Source: the human T2T-CHM13v2.0 reference genome, Homo sapiens
NCBI RefSeq assembly: GCF_009914755.1
Contig: NC_060926.1
Length of the DNA stretch: 64,000 nt
Reading direction: 5' to 3' (one strand)
Below, one piece after another: positions 12,873 to 26,703 of this stretch (its first letter is position 1; each line of letters opens with the position of its first letter). A program made the position numbers and the translations under genes. The notes below the pieces were generated by a model. The model was given only the letters and a program-made list of their open reading frames with translations. It searched no databases and had not been told where the DNA came from.

Positions 12873-13239
12873 GTAAGATTTTCCCCTTACATTTTCTTTG
12901 CCTTTGCATGATTAAAAAAAGAAAGTTGTTGAAATCTAAGTAGCATTCCATGTGAGACTTCAAGGAGTTAGTACAGCTGAGCTCTGACAAAACCATTTCA
13001 GCCTTCCTTTATTTCCCTTCTTCTAATGTTAGTTGAATACTATGTAAATATCTTCCTGAACTCCTTGGGAACTCATATGAGCAACATTTAGAATAAGGAC
13101 ACACACGTCACCTTAAAAACAAACTTGCAGACATAGCGAATACACATATAAAAAACAAAGAAAAATTACTTCAAATGAAACCTAAGTGCCTACCATCATA
13201 CCTGAAAAACACTGTGGACACTTAATTAATTTTTATTTT

Positions 13240-16200
13240 AAGCAAATATGTAATTAGTAAGCCACAGAATTCATTCCAGAACATTTTCTTCACCCCAAAA
13301 AGAAACTTAATATCTACTCCTCAGTCCCATCAAACCCTAGGAACCACTAGTTTACTCTTTGTCTTTATGGATTTTACCTGTTGTGGACATTTTATGTAGA
13401 AGGAATCATACAATATGTGTCCTTTAGCGTCTGGCTTCTCTCACTTGGTATAATGTTTTCAAGGTTAATCTATAATATAGCATGTTTCAGTGGCTTTTAG
13501 TGGCTGAATAATATTCTATTGTATGAATATATGTTTGTTTCGTCTATTTTAAAAAATCCATTCATCAATTCGTGGACATTGGGTTGTTTGAACATGCATG
13601 TACAAGTTTTTGTTTGAACATTTCTTTTAAATTCTTTGGGGATATGTGTATGTGTGTATGTGTATAAATATATATGTGTAAGTGTGTGTATGCACACATT
13701 AAAGTGTAAATACACACATGCACACATATATGTATGGGTGAAATTATTGGGTCATAGGCTAACTCTATGTGAATCTTTTTGAGGAACTGCTAAATTGTTT
13801 TCCAAAGCAAGTATATACCATTTTACATTCCCACCAGTATGGTGTGAGGGTTTCCACTTCCCCACATCCTTGCCAACATTGTTAATGTTCATCTTTTTGA
13901 TTATAGACTTAGTGAGTGTGAAGTGGTGATTCATTGTGGTTTTGATTTGCATTTCTTATTATGAAGGGAATGTTGAACTTCTTTTAATATGCTCGTTGGT
14001 CATTTTTATATCTTCTTTAACGAAATATCAATTCATATCTTTTGTCACTTAAAAATTGGGACTATTTATCTTTTTCTAGTGGAGTTCTAATAGTTCTTTG
14101 CATATTCCGGATGCTAGATTCTTATCAAGTATGTAATTTGCAAATGTTTTCTCCTGTTCTGCAGGTTATCTTTTCACTTTCTTGATTGTGCCCTTTGAAG
14201 CACAAAAAGTCTTAATTGTGATGAAGTCCAATTTTTAATTTTTTTTTCCTTGGTTGCTTGTGCTTTAGCTGTCATATCTAAGAAGCCATTTCCTAATCCA
14301 AGGTCACAAAGATTTACACTTATGTCTTCTTTAAGAGTTTTGTGGGACTACCTCTTGTGTTTAGGTCTTTAGTCCATTTAGAATTAATTTTTGAAGACAG
14401 CGATATATAGATCAACTTTATTATTTTGCACGTGAATATCCAGTTGTCCCAGGACTGTTTGTTAAAAAAGACTAGTCTTTTTCCAATGAAATTTCTTGGT
14501 ACCCTTGTTGAAAATCAATTGCCCATGTTAATCTTATTAAAGATCTTTAACATGTGATGAGTTGCTTGTCTCTTGCTGTTTTCAAGGTTCTCTTTTTGTC
14601 GTGGGCTGTTAACAGTTTGAGTATAGTATGTCAAAGTGTGGTTCTTGTTGAGTTTATCCTACTATCACTTCACTGAGCTTCTTAGATGTAGATTAACATT
14701 TTTTAATAAAATTTGATATACTTTTAGTCATTATTTCTTCAAATATTCTTTCTGCCCTTTCCTCCTTTTCTTTCCGAAACTCCTATTATGCATATGTTGG
14801 TATGTTTAATAGTGTCCCTCAGGTCTATGAGGTTCTATTCATTTTTCTTGATTTTTTTTGTTCATTAGAATAATAATCTTAGTTGATCTATTTTTGAAAT
14901 TGCTGAATTTCTATTCTGTATGTTCACATTTTCTGTTGAACAACATTAGTAAATTTTTCATTTATTGTACTTTTCAACACCAGAATTTTAATTTGGGTCT
15001 TAAAAATAACTTTGTATCTCTTTATTGATATTCTTATTATGATTTCTTAGAAGACATCATTCTCATACTTACTTCAGTTCTTTAGACATGGTTTCCTTTG
15101 GTTCTTTGAACATATTTAAAATAACTGACTTAAAGTCTTTGCCTAATAAGTTCATTATCTGGGCTTCCTCAGAAACATTTTCCACTAGTTACTCTTTTTT
15201 TCATGTGTATGGGCCATTTTTTTTAATTCTTTGTATACCTTATACTTTTTTTTTGGTTGAAAATAAGTGTTTAAAATAATATTACATGTCAACTCTAGGA
15301 ATCCAATCTTTTTCTCCTTAACCAGGGCTTATCAATGTGGCTGTTTGTTGTTGTTTGTTTAGTAACTTTTCTGGAATAAGTCTCTTCAGTCTGTAGTCTT
15401 TGATAGGTTCTACCACTGAAGTCTCTGCTTTGTTTAGTTGTTAGCTAATTATTAGACAGAGACTCCTTAAATACCTGAAACCAATAAATTTTCAGTCTTT
15501 GACAAGGGGCTCTGTGTGCATGATAGGAGATGGCTTCAGTACTCAGTCTATTGATATCTTTGTCTTAGCCTTCACTTTCTGTTTGCATGAACCTCAACGT
15601 CACCCAAAGATAAGACATTATGACTTTCTCAGATCTTTCTTTATCATGCTCATAGCCCTGGGCATATGTACAGTCCTACTCATGTGTATGACCCTGTAGA
15701 TTTTGGGAGCTTTTCAAAGCCAATCTCATTCCTTAGCTTTTCCTTTTAAACATTTTAGTTAGCCTATTTGCCCCAACAGTTATTCACCACCTCAGGCAGC
15801 CATAAAATTAAGCAATTAATGAAATTTTTTTCAACAAATGCCCCCAGGGAAAAGACTTTTCACACTGGGTGAGCTCTGAGCCAAGTCAAATAGACATTGA
15901 TGTCTTTTCTTGGGAACCACCAGATAGGTCAAATAATGCCAATTCTCTGTGAAAAAGGCTTTGAAGGAGCAATAACCTTATTCTACACTGTCAAGTAGCT
16001 GCCAGGCGCTGTATGTTTTCAAGGCTACTCCAGAACTGGAGAAATAGGGATGAGACTAGGACAAGTAAAAATGCCAGAAAATTGACTGTTCTTCCCAAGA
16101 TTCAGCCATATTTCTTGAATAAACGCTCTGTGGATTGCTGCAAGCCTTTGATTAATTTCCAGAGTCCTGAAAAAAAGTTGATCTTGACAATTTTTGCTAG

Positions 16201-16272
16201 TTTTCTTGTTGCTTTTATGGATAAGAGAGTTTTTGAAGGTCCTTACTCTGCCATTTTCACAGACGTTTCCCC
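13240..16272 (-). mobile_element. L1MB-type element with 3'UTR, ORF2 tail, ORF1 and 5'UTR; most of ORF2 deleted at ~14527
   Basis: 3'UTR (TTCCAGAACATTTTCTTCACCCCAAAAAGAAAC). ORF 13752-13952 MQIKTTM...KWYILALEN is ORF2. 5' terminus on the minus strand reads GGGGAAACGTCTGTGAAAATGGCAGAGTAAGGA. Confidence 0.82.
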
Positions 16273-17436
16273 TCAATTTCTGATCAGTGATTCAGTAGGT
16301 AGACCTTGGGCTTATTAGCTTGAAAATATTTATAAAGCAAGTTTTTTTTTTGGTCAAATATTAGTTACTGTCTCAAAAAAGGTCAGACATGAAAAAAACC
16401 CAGAAGTGTTTTAGTACATTTAAACCTTTATATATCCATTGAAGTACATGAAATTACTATATTTGTAGATCAAAAAGGGTATAATATTGGTGATTTCTCA
16501 TTGCTTAACCCAATATTTTCTAAAGTCTTAGTTTCTCATTCTATTTTTTCCCTTTGCAAAGAACAATCTATTAAGAAAACTTCCAGGAAGTATAAATGGA
16601 TCCCATATAGCCCCATTAAATTATTTCAAAAGCACAATAAGAAATATGCATTTTAACTGTCATTGTGTAGAGAAGAGCATTTATTTAGCAGTGGTTAAGC
16701 ACTCTCTGTGTACAGTCACAAAATATGGTAATTTCCACAGGAGCATACATTTAACTCCGCAGACAGATACAGCAATCAAACAAGGGATAAATGATTTTTT
16801 TAAAAAAGGACGACTGAGTGAATCCACTAGGTGATAGATTAATAATAAGGGGTTATAAAAGGCCTCATAGAGATTGTGAAATTTCAATCAGATCTTAAAG
16901 GATAATATATGGTTTCTTGGACAAGGAAAGTGAAGACATGCAGAAAGGATGGCAGGTGAAAAGTCACAGAATTGTGAGAGGTTTTGATGACTTTTATAAG
17001 ACAGAGGTAGGTGGGGTATAGCATGCAATTTTCTCCTGTGTTTTATTTTTGTACAAATTGGTATTTTTACTTTCTAGCAGCAAAATGTGTACGTTTTATT
17101 TTAGAATATGTTTTAAAAGGCTTGGGCAGACTGCCTTTTATGAACAGAAATTGTTATATATTAGCTCAGGATTGCCTGCATGCTGGTTTGTTCTACCACA
17201 AAGGCTGCCAATAATAATGAGAGGGAAAAACCCTGGAGGAAGAGTGCATTTAATTTTTATTGATCATCTTATATCTTAAGAGTTTCATCAAGCAAAGTGA
17301 CAACATACATAGAACCTGCACCAAAAAGTCTTAGCTGAGTGAGCAAGAATGAATCAGCACAGTGAATAAAACATTATTTTTCTTTTCTTGGCCTGCTACC
17401 TCAAGGTCATTGTTAAAAAACAGAAGAGTTCTAGAG

Positions 17437-17624
17437 TAGTTGTTGTTAAACCTGGCCGCACATTAGAAACATCTGGAGGTATTTTTGAGACTACAGATTC
17501 TTAGTCTACATTCCATCCAGACCTGGTGAATCAGAATGTCAAGGTTTTTTGTTTGTTTGTTTGTTTCTTATTTGTCTTAGACAAATCCGGTTGTTCTCAT
17601 ACTTAGCAGATTTGGGGACAAGTG
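17437..17624. mobile_element. MER5B-like hAT-Charlie MITE
   Basis: AAACCTGGCCGCACATTAGAAACATCTGGAG...CCAGACCTGGTGAATCAGAAT...TTTGGGGACAAGTG. Confidence 0.72.
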
Positions 17625-18586
17625 TCTAAGAAGGGTTTGCCTTGCTCCACAACTGTCCAACTGTGTTGCTTGTTTCAAGCCAACTTAATCAATATGACTA
17701 AGAATAAATTAATATTATTTTATTAAAAAATATTATACTGTATCAGAGCTATTTTCTTAATCAGTTTGAAAAGGCACAGAAGAAGGAAATGTAAAGAGTT
17801 AATAAATCAGGAATGAGAAAAAGCCATGAATAAAATATTTTCTACAGAAATCGGTCTCTCAAAAATCTGTAAATTTATGGTGATTGTGTTTAACAATCAT
17901 GACTCAATAATGAAATCAGCCATAAAACTTTGACTGTCTACAAGATTAACAAAACATACATTTGTTTTGACTCTCAGCATATTACCATTTTATTGTATAG
18001 GCTAAAGTCAGGGGAGGAATAATCAGGAATAGGTATTTTTTCCCATCATTGCCTTCAGACATTCTCTGATAGATTTCCCTTCTCTTTGAGACTGGAGGCA
18101 AATGTTTGGAGCTACAGACTTCAAGACCTCATTAGCAGACGGGGCCAGTTGTCTCTCTCTGGTTACCAGTAGAGGGAGTGTCAGCCCCTGATCTTGGCAG
18201 CAGAGACCCAGGTAGGAAACAGGACGCTAAGTGCATTGGTGAGTTCCTCTTTCTACCATCCTCCTCTCTGCCATGAGAACTTTGGAATTTCCGTCTTTTA
18301 TTCAGCAACCATCTTGGGGAGAAGAAATGAAAGAGTAAAATCTGAAATACTGAACATTTCATGACTACAAAACTACACTTGATTCCAGGTTATATTAATG
18401 AAAACACAAAGGTGTGTTGGGGTTGGAGGGAGGAGTGAGAAGTAGAGAGTAAAGGAAACGTATGTATTAAAGTATATTTTTTCCTCTGATGGGGATTACT
18501 CATTTATTTCATTATTTTCCTATTAAAATGTACAAACGTTCTAAGCTTATTAGAGATAATTTTAGAAATACAGTGTAACCTAGACC

Positions 18587-18635
18587 TGTACATGCATGCA
18601 CACATGTGCGCGCGCACACGCACACACACACACAC
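18587..18635. repeat. Alternating purine-pyrimidine tract with (CG)n and (CA)n
   Basis: 49 nt of unbroken Y/R alternation. Confidence 0.95.
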
Positions 18636-19124
18636 TCATGCAAGATTTATTACAGACAACAGATACAAAGCAACGGGTAAGAAAGTAGGTTCACATTGTC
18701 CACACACAGATTCCAGAGTCCTTTCTCAGTCATAAGGTTGTGCTTTATTTCCAGCAAGTGAGCCAGCAGGGGAAGCCGCAGCTCATTCAGTAGGTGTCTT
18801 TCAGCTGTACACATAGCTAAAACCAGGCTGTGAGACCATGTTCAATAGCAGAAACCAAGATAACATAACAGACACCCAGATATAAACCACTCATTGGTAC
18901 ACATTCTATAAGGAATATTGGAAAGATGTTACAGACTTCCCACTTGATGTCTTTTGGAAAACTACATTAGCACAAAAAACTACATTAATTCCTATGTAGT
19001 ATATTCCATTGTGGTTTTGCCAAGGATTACTACTATGGCTCCAGGCATCCCTGGAAATATATGGAGGATTTCAGTACACTAGTGAGAGTTACAATGAAAT
19101 TTCACACTGTGGATTAGTGTTTTT

Positions 19125-20470
19125 CATCAGGCTCAGAAAATTCTAAATCATTATCTATTCACATATTGCTTCTTGTTCATTTTCTGTTTTCTGAAACTCC
19201 AGTTTTGTATGTTAGACCTTTCCACTATGTCCCATATATTTATTATCTTCTTTTCTGCACCTTTGTCTCTGCACTTTAGCTTGGTGATTATATATTTAAA
19301 AAAGGATGAGTGAATTAATGACCACTGGGAGACAGAGATGATAGTAATTTAATAATTAATTATTTATGATCATTATTAATTTAAATTATAAATGATAAAT
19401 AATTACTATCACATATTTGTATCTTTCATCTTCTCTGGTGGGTCTGATCTGCCATTATAACCATCTATTAAATTCTCAATTTTATTTTTTACTTATGAAA
19501 GTTTAATTTTATTTTCAATTGAAATTTCTGATCTTGTCAACCCTTCTCCATTACTGAACATATTAGTTGTAATTACTTTTAAGTACCTATTTGTTATCCT
19601 GATAATTAAATGAATTTGTAGTCATCCATGAATTTGTTTCTATTCTCTGTTTTTTTTTTCTGTACTTGTAATTTTTGGTCGAATTTCAGACATTGCATAT
19701 GAAAAACTGTAGAGGTCCTGAATGATATCTTCCTCCTGAGAGAGTTCTTATAGGCAGATAGAGAGGGGGCAGGTGTCAATCCAGTCAGGTAAAGAACTGA
19801 CTCAAGGTTGAGCTGCAACTACATCTCCATTCATTTCCAGTATGCTTCTAGTCTTAATCTCTAGCCCTCCAGGAATTCTAGTTTTGTATCTCCTCCTCGA
19901 TGGGTTCTGATCTCCAGTTTTTATCTCCTCAGATCTGTGATGAGAGTTTGAACATTTTCTCTACACTTCAAGAACTTTCTTCTTAGCTTCTTTCCCTGTT
20001 AATTTTAAGAATTCTGCTAGTGTTGGAAGAGAAAACCACCAAGTGTCCCATTGACTACTTAATAATTTCCTTTTCATCAGAATCTTGGTCTCTGAAGTCT
20101 TGGCTGTCCTGACATGACTCCAATTTTTGCTCTTCAGTTATGTGAAATTAACAAAAGTTCTGGAAAATTTTGTATGCCCTATAGACACAGCCCTATTCCT
20201 GCGTTCTTCAGTTGTTTGCTACCAAGAATCTGCAAAGTTAGGAAAAAACAAAAATAGAAACCAAAACAACAACCAGTTTATATAATGTCCATACAATCTC
20301 TATGGTTCCCTTTTGTTTCTGATTTTTGGCTTCTTATGACCAGATTTTCTTAACAGCTTTCTGATATTTTGAAACAGATTTTTTTTAACAGTAAAAAATT
20401 TTATCCAGCTTTTCTCAGTAGAAACATGGGTTTGCCTCATGAAACTCCATCATAGTCAGAAGCAGAAATC
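19125..20470 (-). mobile_element. Old L1ME(g)/HAL1-type ORF1 and 5' end
   Basis: CTGAAACTCCAGTTTTGTATGTTAGACCTTT. Terminus ACTCCATCATAGTCAGAAGCAGAAATC. Confidence 0.65.
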
Positions 20471-21805
20471 AATTCAGTGTTTTCTCTATATTTTTCTCAT
20501 TTACTAGCTATAGGTTGGAATTTGTGGGGAGAAATAAGAGAATTGCTAGGTAGAATTTAGACTAAATAAAGAAATTTCATGTTTCTCTGCCTCAAAGTTG
20601 GAGTGCTATATGAATTTATTTTTCACTAAACATAATTGCTGTGTGGTACAATGTGAAAATTTCTTATAATGTGATAGGTAATAAGTAAAAATTGGATAAT
20701 ATACAACCCTTTAAAGAAGGAAAATAGCTCATAGATCACCACCACTCAGAAATATCTACTATTAACATGTTTGTATATATCCTTACATTGTTTTTGCTTT
20801 GCAGGTGTTTTTACATTGTTGAAAGTATACCCTAACTACTTATTTTAAAACATGTTTGATAAGGACAAATTAATAGTTTTTCAATGGAAAAAGAGATGAA
20901 ATGTTGCTGGGTAAATATTATTAGTAATTTTTCCATTAAAATATCCATAGTGAATCAGGACATTCAATAAAGACTTTTAAATAGGCAGAAATACACAAAT
21001 ATTTTTGTTATAAAAATGGCCATTATTTTCCATCTTTTATTCTGTGGAGTAAGAGGAAAAAACCAACAACTTTGCATTTAGTGATTCTTTTAGAATTGAA
21101 AAGAAGGTGACTGTTTCAGAGTCGTCACAGTAACAAGTACTCTGATCAAGCATGGTGTTCCTGAATTGTGGGCTTATAGCTGTACCTAAGGAAAACTATT
21201 GTCTAATATTTGTAAGGAGGAAAGCACAACTACATAAGAAAACAATGGCAAAATTTTAGCTTTGACTTAAAATTCAGTAAATAAATATATGTTAAAAAAA
21301 CTATTTAAATAAAGCCTTAAGAGTAAAAAGCATTCAAATTTAATATTAGAATTGAAGATGGATACGATATATACCTTCTAAATCAGTAGATAAAATGAAA
21401 GAAAATTAAATGAATAAAAGATACACAACATCAAGGATGTATTAAAAATGCAAAAGGATGAAAGCACTTTAAAGAGATGTCAGAGGTGGGACCAAATAAA
21501 TGAATAAATATATAACATAACATAATAATAAATAAAAGTAGGAAAAGCCCATCTACTAAAATAGAAAGTTTCTTTGCTTAAAAAGCAAAATCTAACTATA
21601 TCTGCCTCACAGAAGAGAATATATTTAAAACAAAGCAAAACTTAACACAAACTGTTTACAATAAATGCTTGCCAAAAGTAAGTTAGGTAAATAAATGCAA
21701 AGGAAAATACTCAAACATATAAGATAAAGTTTACAGAAAAAGTGTTAAACAGAACAGTGACTATTACTTATAATAAACAGCAACATTTATAATAAATGAA
21801 GCACC

Positions 21806-22153
<348 letters not shown>

Positions 22154-23339
22154 TCAGCAAATAAGATCACATTGAAACAGAAAGAAAAAATGTGGTATAC
22201 AAGGATAATTTGACAGAAATGCAATAACTGGAGATACTCTAAAACCTCTCTCTGAGTCATTGCCAAATGAAGTAGACAAAAATAAATCTGCATGGAGAGC
22301 ATATAAATAACTTTGGATGCTAGAACACAATAGAACAATGCTTTCAAATTATTTCTAATATATAATTGTCTGCCCAGGCAAACTAACAGTCAAGTGGTAA
22401 ATAAGGTCATTTTCAGATACTCAAACACTCAATGCATTTTCTTTTCATGCCTTTATTCTCAAGAAGCTATAGTACATGTGCTTCAGCAAAATGACAGGGA
22501 AATCCAATAGTGTTAACTTAATAAATACATCTAATTATGGACTCTACAAAGAGAAGACGTGTATTTGATTTACTATCAAATACTTAACAACAACAATAAT
22601 TTTTGGGTTATAAAGTCTTAAAATGAGTTCCAAATCAGAATTCATAAAAAACACATTCTGTGACCATAATATAAAACAATGACAAGTACTTAAGATGATG
22701 CAAACTAAAAATTTTAACACTTTTGGAATTTAAAATAAAAAAAACTGTTCATAGCTCTCCAGTCAAAAAATCAAAACTTCATTTATAGACTATTTAGAAA
22801 TAAATGGCACATAATCCATGTAGCCTGAAATGCTTTTATTATTAAATAAGAGAGAAGGAAAATAAATAAGCCAGACATTTTTACTAAAGAAGTCATAAAA
22901 ATGACAATAAAATAACCTTAGGAAATGTAAGAAAAATTACAATGATTTAAACTAATGAGAAAATAAAAATAAAAAACTAAATAAATGTTTATATGCATTT
23001 AGTCTAAGACCTAGTTATTTAAAACAGTCAATAATTATATATTAACCTGTGACATAGCTAATCAAAAATGGGGAACAAATGTACACTAGAAATATAATAT
23101 GCAAAAATAGTGGAATTTCGAATACTAGCGTGTAGGGCTATGGCTATAGTGTTATAAGAAGTTCAACAATGTTGAAGAAATAGAAGATTTTCTGAGGAAA
23201 TAGTAATGACAGAAATGGAATCAAAAACATAAAATCTAAATAAAGTGAAAAAACTGTCAATGTAGCCAACTATATAAAATGAGCATTTTGCCTAAATTAT
23301 ATAGTGATTAATTTCTAGCAAACATTCAAGTAAAATTTA

Positions 23340-23626
<287 letters not shown>

Positions 23627-23629
23627 TGT

Positions 23630-25260
23630 CCCTCAGTGACAAATTTGGAATGTTGTTCCATTGCATTATAGTGACCACCACTCAGTAAGCCTGCCTGTGC
23701 CCACAGAGCTTCCAATCAATTTTTAATAGACTTGCTCATAGATAAAGAGACAGCCAAAGAATACCAGATATGTGGAGGGTGTTTATAATGTTAAGGACAG
23801 AGAGCAATGCAAACAAAAGAGTGAATAAGAAAAGAATCTTGGAAGGAAAAGAATCTTGGAAGAAATAAAAAGCATTTCAAGGAGCAGAAGAAAACTATAT
23901 TGCCCTCTCAAAATATATAATAGTCATTAATATGCTCAGAGAGACAGAAAAAAACACGTATGAGAAAACACTGCATTCATAAACCAATGGAGTATGTTAA
24001 AGGGATTGTTAGAACATAGGAGCTCTTAGAAATTTCAAATAAAGAAGCCCCACTAAATTAATTACATAGTTAAAAGCTAAATCAAGTGTCATTTATAGAA
24101 ATTAGGACACAAAGAAATTGACAAGAGGATGAGAAAGGAAATTTGTGAATCAATGCATAAGGTCCAACATCTAAATAATAGGTGGTTTAAGAAGAGACGA
24201 CTGAGAAAACTGTTGAAAAATAATACAGAGAAAAATTCTCAGAAGTTAAGGATCCGAGCCTTCAAATAGTAAGGACCCACGTATCTAAGTCAATGAGTAA
24301 AAAAAGAGCACCCTAACATACATCATCATTATGTTATGGAACAACAGTAGTAAAGAGAAAAACCTCAGGCTTCTACTTAAGAGAAAAAAATCACCTATAA
24401 ATAAATGATAATCGGATAATACTGGAAATTTAAAATATGTAACTAAATGCTAGAAGACTATTAAGCAAAGCTTTCACATTTGAGTGAAAATTATTTTTAG
24501 TAGATAAGTATGTATCCAGACAACTACCAATCTAGTCTTAAAACATGAGAATACTTAAAAGATTAACCTCTTGTACTCCTTTTCCAAAGCTATTGAGTTA
24601 TTTAGCAAAATGATGGGGGAAAATATAACTGAGGAGAATACAAGATAAGGAACAGGTTATTAATTACAGAGGAGCAGTGAAAAAAAATCTGCAGATGACA
24701 ACTGTACAACAGGCCTACAAAGACATATGTCAGGGATCTGTATTTAAGGATTTAAAAAATATAGATAGGTCAATGGGAACATTTAAAAAATAGTGGGAAG
24801 TGTAGAGAAGACTAAGATTTTCCTGTTATCAGTAATAAAAACACAATTATTGGTAACAGGAAAACTTACATTAGAAAATAAGCATACTCACAGAACGCTC
24901 TATCTCAGCTATAAACCATGTACAACCATAGTCTATTTACTTAGCCAATTAATTTTGCTATAATTATATTGACAGTTGAAGGGAAGAGAAAGTTGAAAAG
25001 TTTTGTAAAGAATACTTTCCATAACTAGAACTTTATAAATAATGTCTACCTTTGGTAAATTAAGAAATAATAGCTTAAATAATTATATAGAAATGTGAAG
25101 ATATGTGCCAGAAAAACAGCTAAAAAAGCTGAAAGGAATGGGACTAAGATGTAGCAAAATGACTGGGCAGAGGGCTGCTTTATTTAATTAGAAGGCTTTT
25201 AACAATTTTTTAATATATTTGAATTATATATATGCATTATTTGATAAAGATAAAAATAAC
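23630..25260 (+). mobile_element. HAL1-like (half-L1) element inserted in the old L1 ORF2
   Basis: ORF1-like landmarks (GAGCTCTTAGAAAT, GGTCCAACATCT, GCTAGAAGAC..AGCAAAGCTTTCA). Host L1 ORF2 resumes at ~25285. Confidence 0.6.
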
Positions 25261-26144
25261 TTGAACAAGGGAAATGAATAGAAAATGTTCTAGAGCATTG
25301 AAGAAGGTGGAATACATCCTAACTCATTTTGTGGAAGTAACCTCTCAGTTAAAAACTTGAAAATGATAATGCAAAATAGATAACAGCACATAATCTCATC
25401 TAGAGATGGGTCCTAAATAAAATACTAACCAATACAATTTACAGACTAATGATAAACAATGACCAAGCTGAGTTTCATCCAGGAAGCAAGGAAGAATGAA
25501 CATGATGAAAAATGAAAAAAAATCATTTTTTATTAAACATTAAATAAAATTAAACATCTATCATTGATTAAAAGGAAGATCTTATTATATTAGAAAAAAG
25601 AATATTTCATTGCTATGACAGGCACATCTGAAATAGTCACTCAACATCACCTTTAAATATTACACACTAGAAGTGCCTAAAATTAGGCAAAATAACCATA
25701 ATTATTTCTATTGTTCTGGACATTTTGAGCAAATCAATAGGCAAAAAGGACATAAATTGCATAAACATTGGAAAGATAGCAAATTATTTTATTTGCAAAT
25801 GATATGTTGTCTACCTAGAAAACACACGAAAATAAGCTATTAGAGTTTTAAAAATATTATCATAAAATATACAAAAGTTAATTTTTTATAGCAATAACTC
25901 GTTAGAAGCTATCATATAGAATAAAAATATATTAATTTACAACAGCAAAATATTTAAGAATGACTGGAGAATAAATGTGAAAGAATAATTTAGAGAGCTA
26001 TACCAAATTTTTCTGGAGGGCTGGGTGTGGTTTTAATTACAACAAAAACAAATCCAAATAATGGTTATTTAAAACAGCAGTTCTCTAACTTCATGGCTTT
26101 AGAGAAGTCATAAATGGATTCTGGAATAGATAAAGATGATGCAT

Positions 26145-26595
26145 AGTATCTTACTTTTCTAGGGCTGCTGTGACAAATTACTGTGAGCTTAGATGGCTTG
26201 AAATATAAATGTATTCCCTCACAGTTCTGGAGGCCTGAAGTCTGAAATCAAAGTGTCCATAGAGCCACACTCCCTCTCAAAGTTACAGAGGAGAATTTTT
26301 TTTTTTTTCTCTTTCAGCTTCTAATGACTCCAGGTGATCTTTGGCTTGTGGTCTCATCACTCCAATCTCTGCCTCTGTGATCACATTTTCTTCTTTCTCC
26401 ATGTGTCTCTCTTTGTCTCTCTCATAAAGACATTCATGATGGTATTTAAGGCCCACCTAGATAATCGAAGTTAATCTCTCAAGATTCTTAACCTAATTTA
26501 TATTTGCAAAGATCCTTTTCTCAATTAAGCAACATTTACAAATTCCAGGGATTAAGACTTAATATCTTTGGGTAGCCATTATTCAACCTACTACA
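26145..26595 (-). mobile_element. MLT1C solo LTR
   Basis: CTAGGGCTGCTGTGACAAATTAC...CACAGTTCTGGAGGCCTGAAGTCTGAAATCAA...ATTCAACCTACTACA. Confidence 0.85.
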
Positions 26596-26703
26596 TGAAC
26601 CTGCGTAAAAATTGGAAAATACATAAAATTTTAAAGAAAATATAATCTATCCAGAACATACCATAGCTCAGACATACCCATTGTTAAAATGTATATACCT
26701 ATA

